DNA of 64,000 nucleotides, taken from NCBI RefSeq assembly GCF_009914755.1, contig NC_060939.1; one strand, given 5' to 3'. The notes below the pieces were generated by a model. The model saw nothing but the letters and a program-made list of their open reading frames with translations, was not told where the DNA came from and did not search any database. Each line of letters starts with the position of its first letter. Within the stretch, counting starts at the first letter, position 1. Positions 45,690 through 61,529 of the stretch are shown piece after piece. This DNA comes from the human T2T-CHM13v2.0 reference genome, Homo sapiens. The position numbers were made by a program, and so were the translations under genes.

Positions 45690-46655
45690 CAGTTCTTTCT
45701 GGAACGTTGCTCATGTAGCTTCCTACATATGTGCAACTATCCTCCTCTTTTTCTCCTCATACCTGCCTACCCCCTCTGTTCATATTCCCCTCTCAAAATC
45801 TCTTTCTGTTTTTCTTTTCTTAGTGACTTTCAAGATGTCCTTTTAACTAGGAATAGAACCTGTCAGATATGCTAACATAACTGTATCTGCTTTCAAATTG
45901 TGTGACCTCTTGTTGATGGTGAGCAACATATTTTCAACTTCTGTGAGTGACAGTAGAGTAAAATTCTGATGAGCTGAAGTCAGACTACGCATTTTTGGAA
46001 AGCAGCTAAACCTCTTTGAGCCTCCAGGAAGACGTCCTCTCTCTATCAAATGCGGACTTTTAGAAATAATACTCTCTCAGCCACGTATGCCACCCAGTAT
46101 TATTATCACGTGCCATTACTGTTTGGTAGTTATTTATGTTCATGTCATCTTGGCTAGATTGTGAACTTTTAAAAGGCAAGCCTTCTGCCTTTTACCTTTA
46201 TATTCCCATGCATGCTTTGTATGCTTAAGTGGTTAGCCACTTAATATATTTTAAAAGAGATAATGTATCCATGTTATTGAGTTAAAATAATCCATGGAAG
46301 GCATCTATTACAATGATTGGCATATAGTAGATATTTAGTCAGTTATATTAGAGCACTCAGTCAATATGGGGAATTTTGCTTCATTTCCTCCTCTTTAATT
46401 GATTCTCCCATTTCACATACATTGTCCTTCGGCTGATTTTAGGAGCCTATTTATTTATCTGCCTATTTTTCATTTTGAAGTATTTTTTTTGACTTTCAAA
46501 GAAGACACAAGAATAGCATAAGGAAATCCCACATTCCATGGATGTATGCTTAGTATATTGTATCAAGGAGGCACAAAACATCCCTTTACTGGTGGTGTTA
46601 ATTTTGATCATTTGATTAAGGTGGCATCTGTCAGATCTTTCTACCATAAAGATGC

Positions 46656-47310
<655 letters not shown>

Positions 47311-48096
47311 CAGATACTATGTTTTTCCATTGTAGTTCATAAGTGTCTGGTGGGGAAATACTGTAAATATCTTGCTTCTCATCACATTTTTACTAAGTTT
47401 AGCCCAGTTTAGCCAGTTTATTAAGTTTAACAGTCCATTGATGATTGTTTCCTGAAACAAATTATCATACAGTTTACCATGTAGTGACTTTTCTATTCAC
47501 ATCATTCCTTCTATATCTATTAGTTAGCATTTTACCATAATAAAGAGTTTTTCTTTCCTCTTCATTTAGCTTTGTATTCATTTGTTAACTTACATTAGTA
47601 TAGACTCATGGAATCTTATTTTGTTAAATTGATTATGCATCAAAATCATCATTTTGTTTATTTGTTTTTTTTCCTTAAATTGTGCAGATGGTAAAATTGG
47701 ATGGGTGGCAGAGATGGCTTTGAGTACTCTTGTTTCAGTTTGGGGGTGTGCCAAACAGCAGGCCCAGAGGATAAGCATTCATGTGGTTTACACCAGTTTA
47801 ACAAGGACCAACATGAAAGAGAAAATAGTTGTAGATTACTCTGAAATATATTGTTTCCTCTGTGTTTCAGGAAATAAAAAGGGTCAGTTGGAGGTAGTTT
47901 AGTCACTAAGGCCACTGCAACTTCCTCTCTTAACTCTTAGCAGCTGGAGATGTTTTGCTGTAGACACACAGTTTGAACATAAAAGGTAAAGGAGAGTCAG
48001 TATCGCTGTGTTGGCACAAGATGGCAGCAGTCATCCATTGATTTTGCAGCTCAAGGCCTACAGATTTTAAATTAATGGTGTCTTTTGTCTTCGCAG

Positions 48097-48187
48097 GGAC
48101 TTCAGTACTAGTGCTAATAACATCCAGATTGATAAAACCAAGCCTTTGTGGCACAACTATTTCTTATGTGGACTTAAAGGAATTCAG
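48097..48187 (+). CDS. GALK2: GALK2 exon 4, 91 nt
   Basis: ttttgtcttcgcAG|G GAC TTC...ATT CAG|GTaaat. Encodes (P)[30 protein letters not shown]. Confidence 0.97.
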
Positions 48188-48514
48188 GTAAATTGGTTTA
48201 TAAGGCACTTACTACCAGTTGAGATTATCATGTGTATTCTGTCAGATTTATTTTATTTACTACATCTTTTTCATCTCCTTACAGTACTAACCGATGCTTC
48301 TGTTCTATTTTGCTAGTTTGTGTTTCAGAGAGTGGGGAAGATATGACTGTTTTGGGGTGGTGTTCACAGGGGGCAGTAGTGGTTTTTATACAGCTGGCTG
48401 TTCATAAATAGGTGCATCTGACAAACATCTGTCTGGTTTTAAAATCTTTGTTTAAACATACTTTTGAGGATATGTTTTAATACTATTATTTACATTTATA
48501 CTTGGGATGTATAG

Positions 48515-48705
48515 GGGTATACTGTAATAGGATTTAGAGTCAGCCCAGGTTTGAATCTGGGCTCTTCTCAGCTGTGGTAATTTAACCTCTTAAGTCTCAG
48601 ATTTATCCATAAAATGATGTCATTGCTATCCTGACAAAGAGTTGTTAAAAGAATTACATAAAGCTTGATGGTAGCCATTTAATAAATGGTAGCTAGTATT
48701 GTTAT
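48515..48705 (+). mobile_element. MIR
   Basis: ggtttgaatctgggctct...tttaacctcttaagtctcag...aataaatggtagcta. Confidence 0.7.
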
Positions 48706-49654
48706 TGCTACTTCAGATGGGATTAAAAAAAGATATAATGAAATGTATTAGTATAAGTATTTTCCAAGAAACATTGAATAATTACTTTGAAAATCTCTAA
48801 TGTTACATACAAGAACAAGAAAATAAAATGTTTTCACTCTCATAATTGAAAAAGTATCAAGGACCAAAAGAAAATTGATATTTGCTGTTTTTAGAGCCAC
48901 TTTTATATTGCAATAATTATTTTAGATGTAGTGACTTGCATAGAATCATAGTAGGACAATAAGAAGTAAATTTTGCCTTTGTGAGCTAAAAGTAAACAAA
49001 CAAACTGACCCATGTTTTAGAGAGCTTGTGTTCCTTACTGCCTGGCAGTCCTATCTGAAACTTTGTAATGAGCAGCTAGGACTTAGTGGCACATCCATTA
49101 CAGAAATACATCAAATTTATTTCTAATGTGTAGTCCTATACTGTAACAGTGGTGGTTTTTGTTCTTAAAGTTAATGAATTCATTTCTTTCTTTCTTTTGT
49201 GTTTTCCTTTCTCTCAGACACATGGTAATAACTTACAGGAAAAGTTATTGGCAGGTTTTAAATCTTCAAATCATCTGGCTTATCATATGCATTAGTGGGA
49301 ATTACAGTATTTGGAAGCATTTGCCTGGCAAATGCAATTTTAATCTTCCTTGTAACAACATGCCTTTTTGCAGCATATGGGTAAAGTGGCCTAAATAATG
49401 CATGTTGCTTTGTGTTATTTTTGAGCATTTCAGGTTTTAAAGCCTTCCTGTTTGGTTTGACAATTTATGTGCAAAAGCAAACTTATACAATGAACTTTTG
49501 GCAGAAAGGTAATTTAAATGCTAGCCTGTTCAGAAACTTTCAAATTCAAATACTAGAAAGTTTCAGAGAATAATTCACTTATATTACATTGAACATGTTA
49601 TCCTTTTGGCATAGAGCTATTACAGAATGTGGCATATACCCATTTGCATTTTGA

Positions 49655-50020
<366 letters not shown>

Positions 50021-51128
50021 GATAAGTTCTTAAGTGTGATTCCCACTCAAGACACCTGTGTTTGATCAGTTTATATTAAATATATTGTATTCTTCAATTT
50101 TTTTTTTTAAACAAGCTGTCTGATATTCTGTATGAAAGGGCATTGGCAACAGTAGAGTTTCAGTTTATAGTTTGTTTGTATATCTGGAAGGAAATTTTTA
50201 GATGACTTGAAATCAGGAAGAGAAGTACACCCAGCTAAATTTCTTCTTATTGTGGTGCGAGAATTTTGCTAGCTAGGACAGACAGACAAAAAATTAAGGA
50301 AAAAGGTCTTTTATTTGCAGAATTTTGTTGTTATTTTAGTTATTCTAGCTAGCTGATTGAAATTCTCCCTTGTATAATAGGTATGATGAAATGCATAATT
50401 AGGTAATAGTATTTCATATGTTAATCTTCAGTCATTTGAGTAATTTGCAAAGACTATGGTACTTTTTCTTGAGAAGGAGGTAGACTTGAATTTATTTGTA
50501 AACTTAAACCACAAAGGTTATGATATGATATCATCCAAAGTGTCCTAGTGTTAGAAAGTAATGTAAGTATACTAGAGCTTTCCATATTTAAATCAGAATC
50601 TGATTATTTCTTTGGGCTTTCCTATTTGTAGAAATAGAGTTTCCTCAACTTGTTTAGGGTCTGTATTCTCATTTGTGGCTGAATTCTAATTTGACTATCT
50701 TTAAAGCTACCATATGGCTAAACTGTATCTATAAACTGTAGTAAGCATCTGGATTTTCTCATGTAGCTGGCATATTAAATCACAATGACGGTTTGCTGGC
50801 TCAGGTTTCTAACTGCAGTGGAAAAGTTTTCAAACAGGATTCAGAGACCTGGGCCCTACTCTCGTCTCCCTATGTGTCATCTTGGGAAAGTTTCTTCATC
50901 TCTTGGTGCCTAGGTTTTTTCATAAGTAAAACAGAACTGAGAATGTTTGGAACTCCTTTTTTTCAGAGAACCTTCTAAAGTAAGGCACTCCTTAGAAACA
51001 AGTCACTGCTTGGGGGCTGGACTTTTATAATAACAGAATGCTGGAGTTGTGCTGCATGGAGATTTAAATTACCTCACAGATAATTGTATATTTCTTGTCC
51101 TGCTACTTGACAAATTGGATTATAATTG

Positions 51129-51252
51129 TTTTATATTTTTTCCATATTTGTTCAAATCAATTAATACTCAAGAAAAAGAACATTCAAGGCAATTTTATAT
51201 TTTTTCCATATTCAAATCAATTAATATTCAAGAAAAAGAACATTCAAGGCAA
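51129..51252. repeat. ~60-bp tandem duplication
   Basis: ttttatattttttccata..ttcaaatcaattaata(c/t)tcaagaaaaagaacattcaaggcaa occurs twice (64 and 60 bp). Confidence 0.92.
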
Positions 51253-51466
51253 GAAAATTAAAGGCATTTAAGGGAATTACTCTGTGGCTAAGAGTCATTA
51301 AATAAAATGTCACATATAGTCTCAACTAAATTGAATTGCATAAGTAGTTTCTATAACTATTATAAGTCTATTGATAGACTTTTGTTCTCTGGGGAATGAA
51401 AGAAGCTTTCACTACTCCTTGAATTCAATACTGAATTACTGTTGCTGTTTTTCCTTATATTCTTAG

Positions 51467-51613
51467 GAACACTTTGGTCTTAGTAACCTGACTGGAATGA
51501 ACTGCCTGGTAGATGGAAATATCCCACCAAGTTCTGGCCTCTCCAGCTCCAGTGCTTTGGTCTGTTGTGCTGGCTTGGTGACGCTCACAGTGCTGGGAAG
51601 GAATCTATCCAAG
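51467..51613 (+). CDS. GALK2: GALK2 exon 5, 147 nt, contains the GHMP ATP-binding loop
   Basis: tatattcttAG|GAA CAC...TCC AAG|GTaact. Encodes [49 protein letters not shown]. Confidence 0.97.
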
Positions 51614-52576
51614 GTAACTACCTTTGATAGGAAACCTCATAGAACCCTCTCCTAATAATCATTAGCATCCAAATCTCAAATCAGAATGCCTTCCTTGATT
51701 GAAAAACTGTCTTCTCTAAAAGGACTGCACATGTGGGCAAGCATTGTAACTTAACAAGTGATAAATCACTATAAAGTAGCTTATACCCTCCAAACAGTGA
51801 GTGAATAGATCTGTGAATAACTGTATAAAAATACATTGTATTAAATATGGGATTTGAATGTATGGATATCATTTTAGATCACCTCATTCACAAGTTAAAT
51901 TTAGGGCAAGAAATTCTTCCTCTCATGGTTGAGCCTGCTTATTTTCACCCAAAACCTTAAATTAAAAATTTGACAAGTAGTGGGTTACAAGGGTAAAGAC
52001 TAGGTAATAAAGGAACTGAATATGCCAGCAGATTAGTCACAGAAATAAACTTTAAAATATTGCATTACAAGACGAAATGCTTATTTAAAGGAAATATAAA
52101 TTGTACAAGAGGTCAGAAAGCCTCAAGTTTATAAGTTCACATAAATCTCTGACTCTGCAGTTTAGAGCAGGTGTGCTCAGCTTTAATTAATGCTTTAGCA
52201 TTCTGGTTCAAATAAAATGTTATCATAGGTTCTTTTTACCCCATGTACATATACTACCAGGTTTACGGATGGTTTGGACAGATCAAGAGAAAGGCAGCCA
52301 CATGCTTAGTCTCTTTTAAGCATGTTTAAACTTTCAGTTTGAAAATTTTATGTATAGGAGGAAGGCAGAAATGAAGGAGAAAGCAAAGGTTCAGACAGAA
52401 TCCTTCTTTTTAGCTGTCCTGTGTAAGTGTACATTAATTAGCCCTTAGTGAGCAATGACTGGTTGGGAGGGAAAGGGGGCTTACATATTATTATTATTTT
52501 TTGAGAAGAGAAGAAGCAAGGGACAGGAAGTCCATGTGTAAAATGTGTTTCCCCTGGTACAATTTTCAATCTGATT

Positions 52577-53990
52577 TGTTTATTTATTCATTTGTTTGTT
52601 CATCATTCAACCATTATTTATTTAATGGCTATTTTGTGCCAGATAATGTTCAAGGCATTGGAGATATAATAAGTATAGTCTCAACTTTCACTATGCTTAT
52701 AGTCTAAAAGGGAAAAGAGACAAGTAAATAGGCAACTGCAATAGAATATAGTAAGTGGATAAGTAGTTTTCTATGGGAGCAGATATAACCCAGATTTAGA
52801 GAGCATAGGACATCTAAATGGAGACAACAAAGATTAAAGGAGTTGTAGATATTGATGGCATGATAACACTGATGACATCAGATAAGCATGTATTGGGTGG
52901 AGAGAACATCATGTGGAAATGTCCAGAGTAAAAGCAATCATGGCTTGTTGGAGTAACAAAAAAAATGTCTCAATATGGTTGAAGCATACAGCAATTTGGA
53001 TAACAGAGCAGGAGATCAGTTGCTGGGCCTTGTAAACTTTGTTAAGGAATTTAGGTATCATCTTCATAGCAGTGGGAAACCATTGCAGGGTTTTAGGAAG
53101 AGGGTAAGGTGATCATATCTGTATTTTAGAAAGATCTCCCTGGCTATATTACAAAGTCTGCATTTCAGGGTTTTAGCAGTAGGGAGGTGATTTGGTTTAG
53201 AGTAGTGGCAATGAGAATGGTTAGAATTAGATAGATTCAAGATCTCAGAATCAGTAGGACTTGGTCATTGATTGGGCATGGGAATGGGGAACAGCAAAGA
53301 CTCAAAGATTATATCGGTGTCTGGCTGGTATGATTCATTGGAATAAGAGATATGGGGGAAAAATAGGTTTGAGTGGAAGCTGAAATGTTGAGTGTGAGGA
53401 ATCTGTGGGCATACTGATGGAGTTATTTAGTATTTAGTTATGAAAAAAATATGAAGGTCAGGAGGAGATCTGGACTTGAGATGGTACATTTGAGAATCAT
53501 TAGTTTATCATTGTTTTTGAAGCCATAGGAGTGGATCAAGATACCTGGTGTTGGAATATAGGTGGAAAGATAAGGAAAACTAGGACAGAGCCCCAAGAAA
53601 CATGAACATTTGAGGAATGGGCATAGGAAGGGATGTCCACTGAAGGGATTGAGGAGTAGTCCAGTAAGTATGAGAAAAACCAGAAAGGTGAGGCAACAGC
53701 AAAGACAAGGAAGATAATGTTTCATGAAAGGAGTGGTAGTGTTGTCATATGCTTCTGAGAGGTTACCACAAGTTCTGAGAAGTATCCATTGAATATCACA
53801 ACAAAGAAGTTGTACAAAACTTTGACAAGAGCAGTTTTAGATGGAAATGGGTTGAAGGGTCTATAAGGGGTAAGAAAGTGGTAAAGTTCAGTGGATACAA
53901 AAAGTCTGGTGATGCATAGAAAAAGATAATTTGGTATTTGGAGGAGGGTGTGAAGTCAAGGAATTCATTTCACTTTTAATGGGAGGATTG
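52577..53990 (-). mobile_element. L2 LINE, 3' portion
   Basis: ttcatcattcaacc...tgtgccagataatg L2 tail followed by a purine-rich antisense body. Confidence 0.75.
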
Positions 53991-56046
53991 GTGAAACTTA
54001 GTTTTTCTATTTTTCTGGTGTTTTGATAATATACCTATGTAAGAAATAGGAAGGAAAGAAGATAAAGAGAAACACTTGAACCCTTAGAATTAATTCTGAT
54101 TGTCTGTTTTCAAAGTCGGAAATAGCAAATACATTTTTTATCGGAACTATCTTACTGCAGTGCCTAAGCAAAAAGGGAACAATATGTATATCCTGGCTTT
54201 CTCAGCTAGTCTAAGTTGTACTAACAATATTTACATTTTCTAAGGACTGAGCATAATTATTTGGAGAGTTTTTTTTTTTCTGGAGTGAGACAGAATCTTG
54301 AATGAAAGGAAGTCTGTAATTTGTTCAGTCTTTAATTTAAATGCCATGTGATTTTACTCTTGTAAAAATCACAGAATATAAGAATTCAAGGGACTTTAGA
54401 GATGAGCTAGTTCAAAATGCTCCTTTTACTGATGTATTAGTGTTACCATAGGAAACAAATGACATGTTAGGTATAACTGAAGAGAGTTTAATAAAGAGAC
54501 TTTTACAGAGATGTGGGTAAGGTCAAGGGAACTAACTAGGAAGGGTTCTCTTGTGAAGCTGGAAGCCATTGTACTTTAGGAGCTGTGGATATAGAGTAAT
54601 GTTGCCAGAAATGCAGCAAGGCAGAGAAAGAATGACACAGGTGAAAATGGCAATGAGTGGGAATAGTTGAGGGGAATTTACCATAGAGGTCAGCCTTTTG
54701 GGGTAGGGGAAGTGTGAGAATAGAGGAACAGAGGGACAACCGAAAATAACTAGCCTGTTTGATAAGGACACTAAGTCCCACAACAGATTGGTGACTAAAG
54801 CCTTTCCTATTATTTCATATCCAGTAAACCCCATTCAGTTGCAGACAACAATTACTGCAGATGGGATATAATAAGTAGATGTGGAACTTGTTAATTCATT
54901 AATATACTAAATGTTGCATATCTGAAACCAGAAAACAATATGGCTAATCACCCAGAGAATCTGGAAGCCAGAAATTATGAATCAGAATGTTACTGGTACA
55001 AGAGAGTATGATGTGGCAAAAGATCTATGAAAAAGGAAAATCTAGAGACTTCTGATTTCAGCATGTCAGAATAAGACTTACCTACTCTTTTTCTGTGTCC
55101 CTAAATTAATCTTCTTTTCTCAAAAATCATTTCCAAACAACAGGGAAAATAAGAAAAGGAAGCACAAGCTTTATCTTTGGTAAGCCAAGGAGACATAAAT
55201 AACCATAAACCACAAAATACAAAGATGGAAAGTGGATAGAGGAATGTTACATGACTTAGGCGAATGGAGAAAGGTCAGAGCCAAGTGCCTGCGGAGGGAG
55301 TTGCAGATGGAAAGGCAGCTGACTCATCCCACAGCTCTCTGGCAAGGCTTAGGAAGAAAGCAGGGTAATATGGTGGGTGGGGATTTATCTGAAAGCCTTT
55401 GTGAGGACTATTTAGACCCTAAAAGGCCTCTCTTCACCTGGACCATTTCCCCCTATCTTTGCAGGAGTCTCTGGAGAAACAACCAGAGATCATTTGTACT
55501 TGGGGACACTGAGCACTGAGAAAGGCAGGACGAGAAAGACTTGAAAACTGGGAGATTAGAGGACATTCTGCATCTGAAAAATGAAATTCTTAGCTCCATT
55601 CTTCTGGTCATTACTGGCACACTGGCAACCTCACCACCCTACACTCCAGCAGGAATGTTGGAGGATCCTTCTCAAAGGAAACTTAACCATCCCAGAGATG
55701 GTTCATACAGATACTGACATTTGGTGACCCCCTTCTCCAGCTCCTCTATGACCTTGTTAGAAGCCCATTTACAAAGCTTCTAATAAGCTTTTTAGTGACT
55801 CACTCTTAAATATGATAGGGCATCAAAGTATAGTAAGATTTTGGAAGAAAACCTACAAAATGAACCAAACAAACAAAAAAAACAGAGAAAACAGGAAACT
55901 AGAGGAAACAGAGACAATGCTGAGAGCAGAAGAATCAAAGACATGATGTCCTCAGAGAGATAAAAGAAAATGTTAAGTCCTTGAAAAATAATAGTGTTAC
56001 TTTTTTAAAAAAGGAACCAACGGTAAGATAGAGCTTTTGCATATTA

Positions 56047-56292
<246 letters not shown>

Positions 56293-56347
56293 TCAATTCC
56301 AGAAATCCATCCAACTAGTAAGGAAAAACAGAAAAAACAGTTATTAG

Positions 56348-56620
<273 letters not shown>

Positions 56621-59084
56621 TGAGTGTTATAGAAAAGACACTAAAAGCTAGTTGACAGAGCAAGAGAAAAGAACGGAAAGAAATCATAATCAAAGGATCA
56701 GAAATGTAAATTAATTTCTCAAAAACAGTATTGGAAGATAAAGGCAGTTGATAAATGTCTCTAAAATATTAATAAATTTTAGTTTAGGCTATCTGTTTAA
56801 ATGAATTAATCAAATGTGAGGGTATAGTAAAACATTTTCAACATGTAAAGTGTAAAAGTCTAGAGGATGTAATCCACCAAAACTAGGGAGTAAACCAAGA
56901 AAGAAGATCGCATGGGAACTAGGAAATGAGAAATCCAATATATGAGAGAGGAGTTGGGTATTTATAGAACATTGGTATTTGTAGAACATAAGGGGAATTC
57001 CAACATAACACCCATAATATCCAGCAGCTTAGAAAGCAGTGCAGATTAAAATGAGGAGAGGGAAAGATGGAACTTATAATCTTATCAGTAAAACAAAAAA
57101 AAAGCCAAAAAAACTGGTTAATCTGATATGTTCAACCATGTGGAAAATGGATTCAGAGTAATTTCACAGAGCTGTTGTAGGATATGACAAAGCTCAGCTA
57201 GATATACAAATCTAAGCAAATGAAGAAATGGGGCAATTATTAAATATAGGAAAAACAAAAAAGTTTGTAACAGAAATGAAATCAACCATTTTTTTTTGCT
57301 CATAAGTGAACAATAATCTCAGTAATTAACACAACAAATATGAATTTAAGCAAAATTTTGGGCATAACTTTATTGAGAAAGGTGGAGGAGGGTAAAGGAA
57401 AGGTGGATGTAAGAGAGCTAAAATCCTCACTTATCATAATAGGAAAGCAATAAATAATGTTTAAAATGAAACAACAGGCAATAACATTTACCAATGTTAT
57501 TTGGAATTGGAAGCAAAAGCAAAGAGCCAAAAGTATTTGCCGTTGTACACATTGCATTGGGGATAGGGATGACAGAGTGAGCTAGGGGCTGCCTTTGTTG
57601 TTGTTATAAGCCTTTTACCTCTATTTAATCTTTTAGATTATATGCAAATATCACTTTGGCGAAAGTAAAATAAAAGATAGAAGAACTGAATAGAATGAAA
57701 AATAAGAATGGAAATAGAATGAAAAGTAAGATGACCTGTATGACCACACCTGGGGGAACCTGAAAGATGAAGAGATGAGAAGGGATTCAATGAGTCAAGG
57801 CTAGAGATTGAGAACAGATGAGCTGTTGGAATGTGACCAAATCAATGGCCTAGGGTGAGGTCTGTTGATGGGTTTTGGGTGGAAGAATCCAAGAAAATAC
57901 AGGCATCTTCCATTTAGTGGCAGTAGTCCATTCCAACAAATCAGATGTTCTGCACAAAATTATTCAGCGAGGGCCTATTTTTTTAAAATAGGAAAAAGTA
58001 TAATGCATTATTCCTCAACTCAAAACCTCTAACTAATTTCCTACAATGTTACAAAAATACAGTAAAGCTTTCTTTATATAAGTCACACAGAAGTAGCATG
58101 AAAAATGTTTAAACCAATTTTCTTGAACATTAAACAATTAATATGGTTGTTAACAAGCAGTTACTTTATATAGTGATACCGGTATGTCTTCTGTATTGAC
58201 ACCTGGTGTTTCAGTACTCTGCATACTATTTTGTTAACAATGTTGTGTTTAGGTTTTAGGGTGTAAATATGTATGTTTTCCTATATAAACACCTTTCAGA
58301 AAGTGTTGTTTTGAGAGATATGAACATTCTATGAAGTTTGGGTATCAAAAATCTTTCGCCAAGAAAATGTTAGTTGCTGAGGTGTTCTACAAGATATGCC
58401 TGTATTTTGTAAGAATGGGATTTGGGTTGCTCTGATGTCCAGTTTCTGTCTGTTCTTGGAGTTGTCCTTGGAGGCCAAGAAGAAAGGACCAAGTGCCTCT
58501 TAGGAATCTTAGAATAGAAATAGCTGGCCTACTTGGGAAACAGGTTGCAACTCTAAAAGCTAGTCTTGGGTAGTAAGGTGTGTTAGACTAGCATCTATCC
58601 ACAAATTCCTCCCTCTGCTGGTGTGGGGTTGGGAGTAGATTTTGAATTCATGAGGTTGTAGACTGAGCAGGTGATATTCAGAAAACCCACTTTGGAGGAT
58701 CTGGGAGGTACAGTAGAGAAGTATAGGGTTGAGCTGCATCCCCCATACTGAAGTCTAAGGAAGAGAAAACCCATATTATCTTGGTTGATGAAGACTGAAA
58801 GAGCCAGCTGGGAATAGTGGGGTAGGGGAGAATTCTTGTATGTGGATATCTCTGGCATTTTGTCAAAAACACAATTTACATGATTCTGAGTTACCCAGAA
58901 TATGAATTGGACATAAAACCTTCCTTTGAGAGTTATAGTTCACTGGGGAACCTGGGGAATCTCTTAGATGGCATCAAGAATCCTGTATTGGGAAGCCCAG
59001 AATAACATGTATAATACTGGATTTGTGAGGAGTGCTTTCAAGAGAAGAAGACAGATAAACTTCCTAACCTACCACTTGAAAGCA

Positions 59085-59615
59085 GTGATTCAGTGGCATT
59101 TGTTGAATACCTACTATATGCCATGCGTTGTTCTAGGCACTGGAAATACAACTGTGAATAAAACCAGTGAAGTGCCCCTGCTTTTATGGAGTTTCCATAT
59201 TGGCAGAAGTGATGGTATGAGAAAGATAATGAAGAGCTATACAAATAAATATATAATATCAGCTAGGCCGTAGTTAAGGGAAATTGTATATTTTATCTAG
59301 GGAGTTAGGAGAAGTTCTCTCCGAGAAGAGGACATTTGAACAGAGACCTTAGGGAGTGAGCAGCTGAGAAAGAGTGTCAGAGGGAACAGCAAGTGCAAAA
59401 GCCCTAAGGTGAAAGAGAGTTTGTCATGTCTCAGGAATAAGAGGTCCCTGTGGTTGGGGTGTGGTGAGACAGAAGCGGGGAGAGGTGGGAGGTGAGTTGA
59501 GAGAGTTGGTCAAGGGCCATGGTGTGTAGCATCTTCTTTGGCTTTCATTCTAAGCGTAATGGAAAACCTTTGGAGGGCTGTGAGCTGGGGATGGCAAGAT
59601 GTGATTTACATGGAT
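59085..59615 (-). mobile_element. L2 3' fragment
   Basis: catttgttgaatacctactatatgcca...ctaggcactggaaataca. Confidence 0.75.
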
Positions 59616-61529
59616 TAAGTTCTTTTACCTGGGAGTATTATACCATACCCCTGACAGTGGCAAGAGAGGAAACAATAAGAAAGAAAAGAGAAGAGAAAAA
59701 AGAAAAGAAGGAAGGAAGACAAATGGTCAATGCCCTTATGGAACTTAAATGCATATAGTGGAATAGTAACAGAAGATTTATTAACTGACCATCTATCTCA
59801 TACAAAGTGTAAGGTATTTTATATGTAAATGAATAAAGAGGTTGAAATAATGTCTCCTTGGTGAAGTTAAACAGGGACAGTTTCAAGTAATTGGTGAGTT
59901 CTAAGAAAATGTTAAAGGAAGGAAAGGCTGGGAAACAAAGCACTGGGAGGGGCCCAAGGGCATTTCAGGCAGAGTGAACCCATAAGTGTATTTTAACAGT
60001 TCTCTGAGCCAGACTTAAAATATGTGTCAGCCAAGGCCTAGAAATTCTCTTGCAGCCTCATGAAATTCCTTTTAAAACTTTTTGACTACAGGGATGCTTT
60101 CTAGTTGCTTAAGTCCCTGAACAGATTTACTTAACTTCATTTCAGGGGCAAATTAGTTATATAGACAGGGGTTGATACTCTTTTCAGGGGAGTGTTTTTG
60201 AAGTTTGAAACCTGTTCTGTACTGGAGACCTCTAAGGTTCATAAACAGAGTAAGTGGAATGTTCAAAGTTCTGTGCCAAATATGTCCACATTTTCACTTT
60301 TCTGAGTTTACAAGTGCTGTTTCCTTGAGAAAGTACAAGGCTGTATTTTTCTTCACATATAGCTGCATTTCAGTGAAATATTTCTTGGCCTTCAGAATAA
60401 GACCTTGTGCCTAAAGAATAAAGACATGTCTATGTTATAAAATGAAAAGGATCTCAAAATTATATAAACTATGATTTGAATGTTTTAATAGTTTGTTACA
60501 TGGTATAAGAAAAATCAGAAACCAATTTGCACTGTCACTAATTATTATGCTTAGAAGTCCACATAAGGACATTGTTTCAGTTTGCTTAGAATAACAAAAC
60601 CTCATCCATATAATGGTTAAGGAAAATAGTAGTTTAAACCATTCCAGCCAGATGTTGAGTGCTAATGAACTGCAGCAGTATGGCCTCTGAAAAGATGGTA
60701 AATCCAGAATACAAGCTTTGAAAAGAATCTCTTAATTAGGTGTTGAACATGGACTGAAGCCATGTGCTCACTGGTACAAAAACCAGGAAGCTATAGTGTT
60801 AGCTCTGGGTGGCCTGTGTTTAAATGTGTTCTAAGTTTTAGGTTAATAATGTAAATACAAAACCATTCACGTAGTTTTGTCAATTAAAAGAGATCCTCTG
60901 GTTGTATCCTTTTTTAGGAGTAGGATTGGAGACTGAATCATTTCTTTAATGATTTTGAGTAGTTTGGATTCACTTGGGTGATGTGACACTAAGCTATTTG
61001 TCTTTGCAGACGTTGTTTGGGTCACTTCTGGGTTTTTTTTCCGTTTTCTTTCCTAGGCTAAATACTTGTTTACCTTTAGCGTAAACGAAGGCAAACAAGC
61101 ATAATTAGGGAACAGCAGATTTGAGGAGTGTGTGTCACTGTTTGCAAGTGGTTTCAAATGAAACCACTGTTGCTACAAATTAATATGTATGCCTAGTTGT
61201 GTTTTGAACTTTTGTTGTGATCCTTAAATCGTTATTACTCAGTGACTGTGTTTCAAGGCCTCCAGATTTTGACTTGCACCCTACAATAAGTTAAGTGTTA
61301 CACAGTATTCAAATAATTAACTGGAACAATGCAAGTGATATTAAGTACTACACATATGTGCATAGCCTTTACCTACTACATCAGTTGTGTGCATTGAACA
61401 TAACTTAAAGATGAAAATACAAGGATAGATAACCCCCCTACCAAATTCAGAAGTGTTTCTCATTTATTTTCATGCATTTCTGTTTCACAGAGGTTATGGT
61501 AGCCATCTTGGTCAAGAGTTACCTATGCT

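Noticed and set aside
48016-48030. YY1-like CAAGATGGC motif upstream of exon 4
   Set aside because: Single short motif with no CpG island or other promoter evidence.
54433-54850. Possible ancient ERVL/MaLR LTR starting tgtattagtg
   Set aside because: Too degraded to assign family or ends; the same applies to ~11840-12230 and ~30625-30830.
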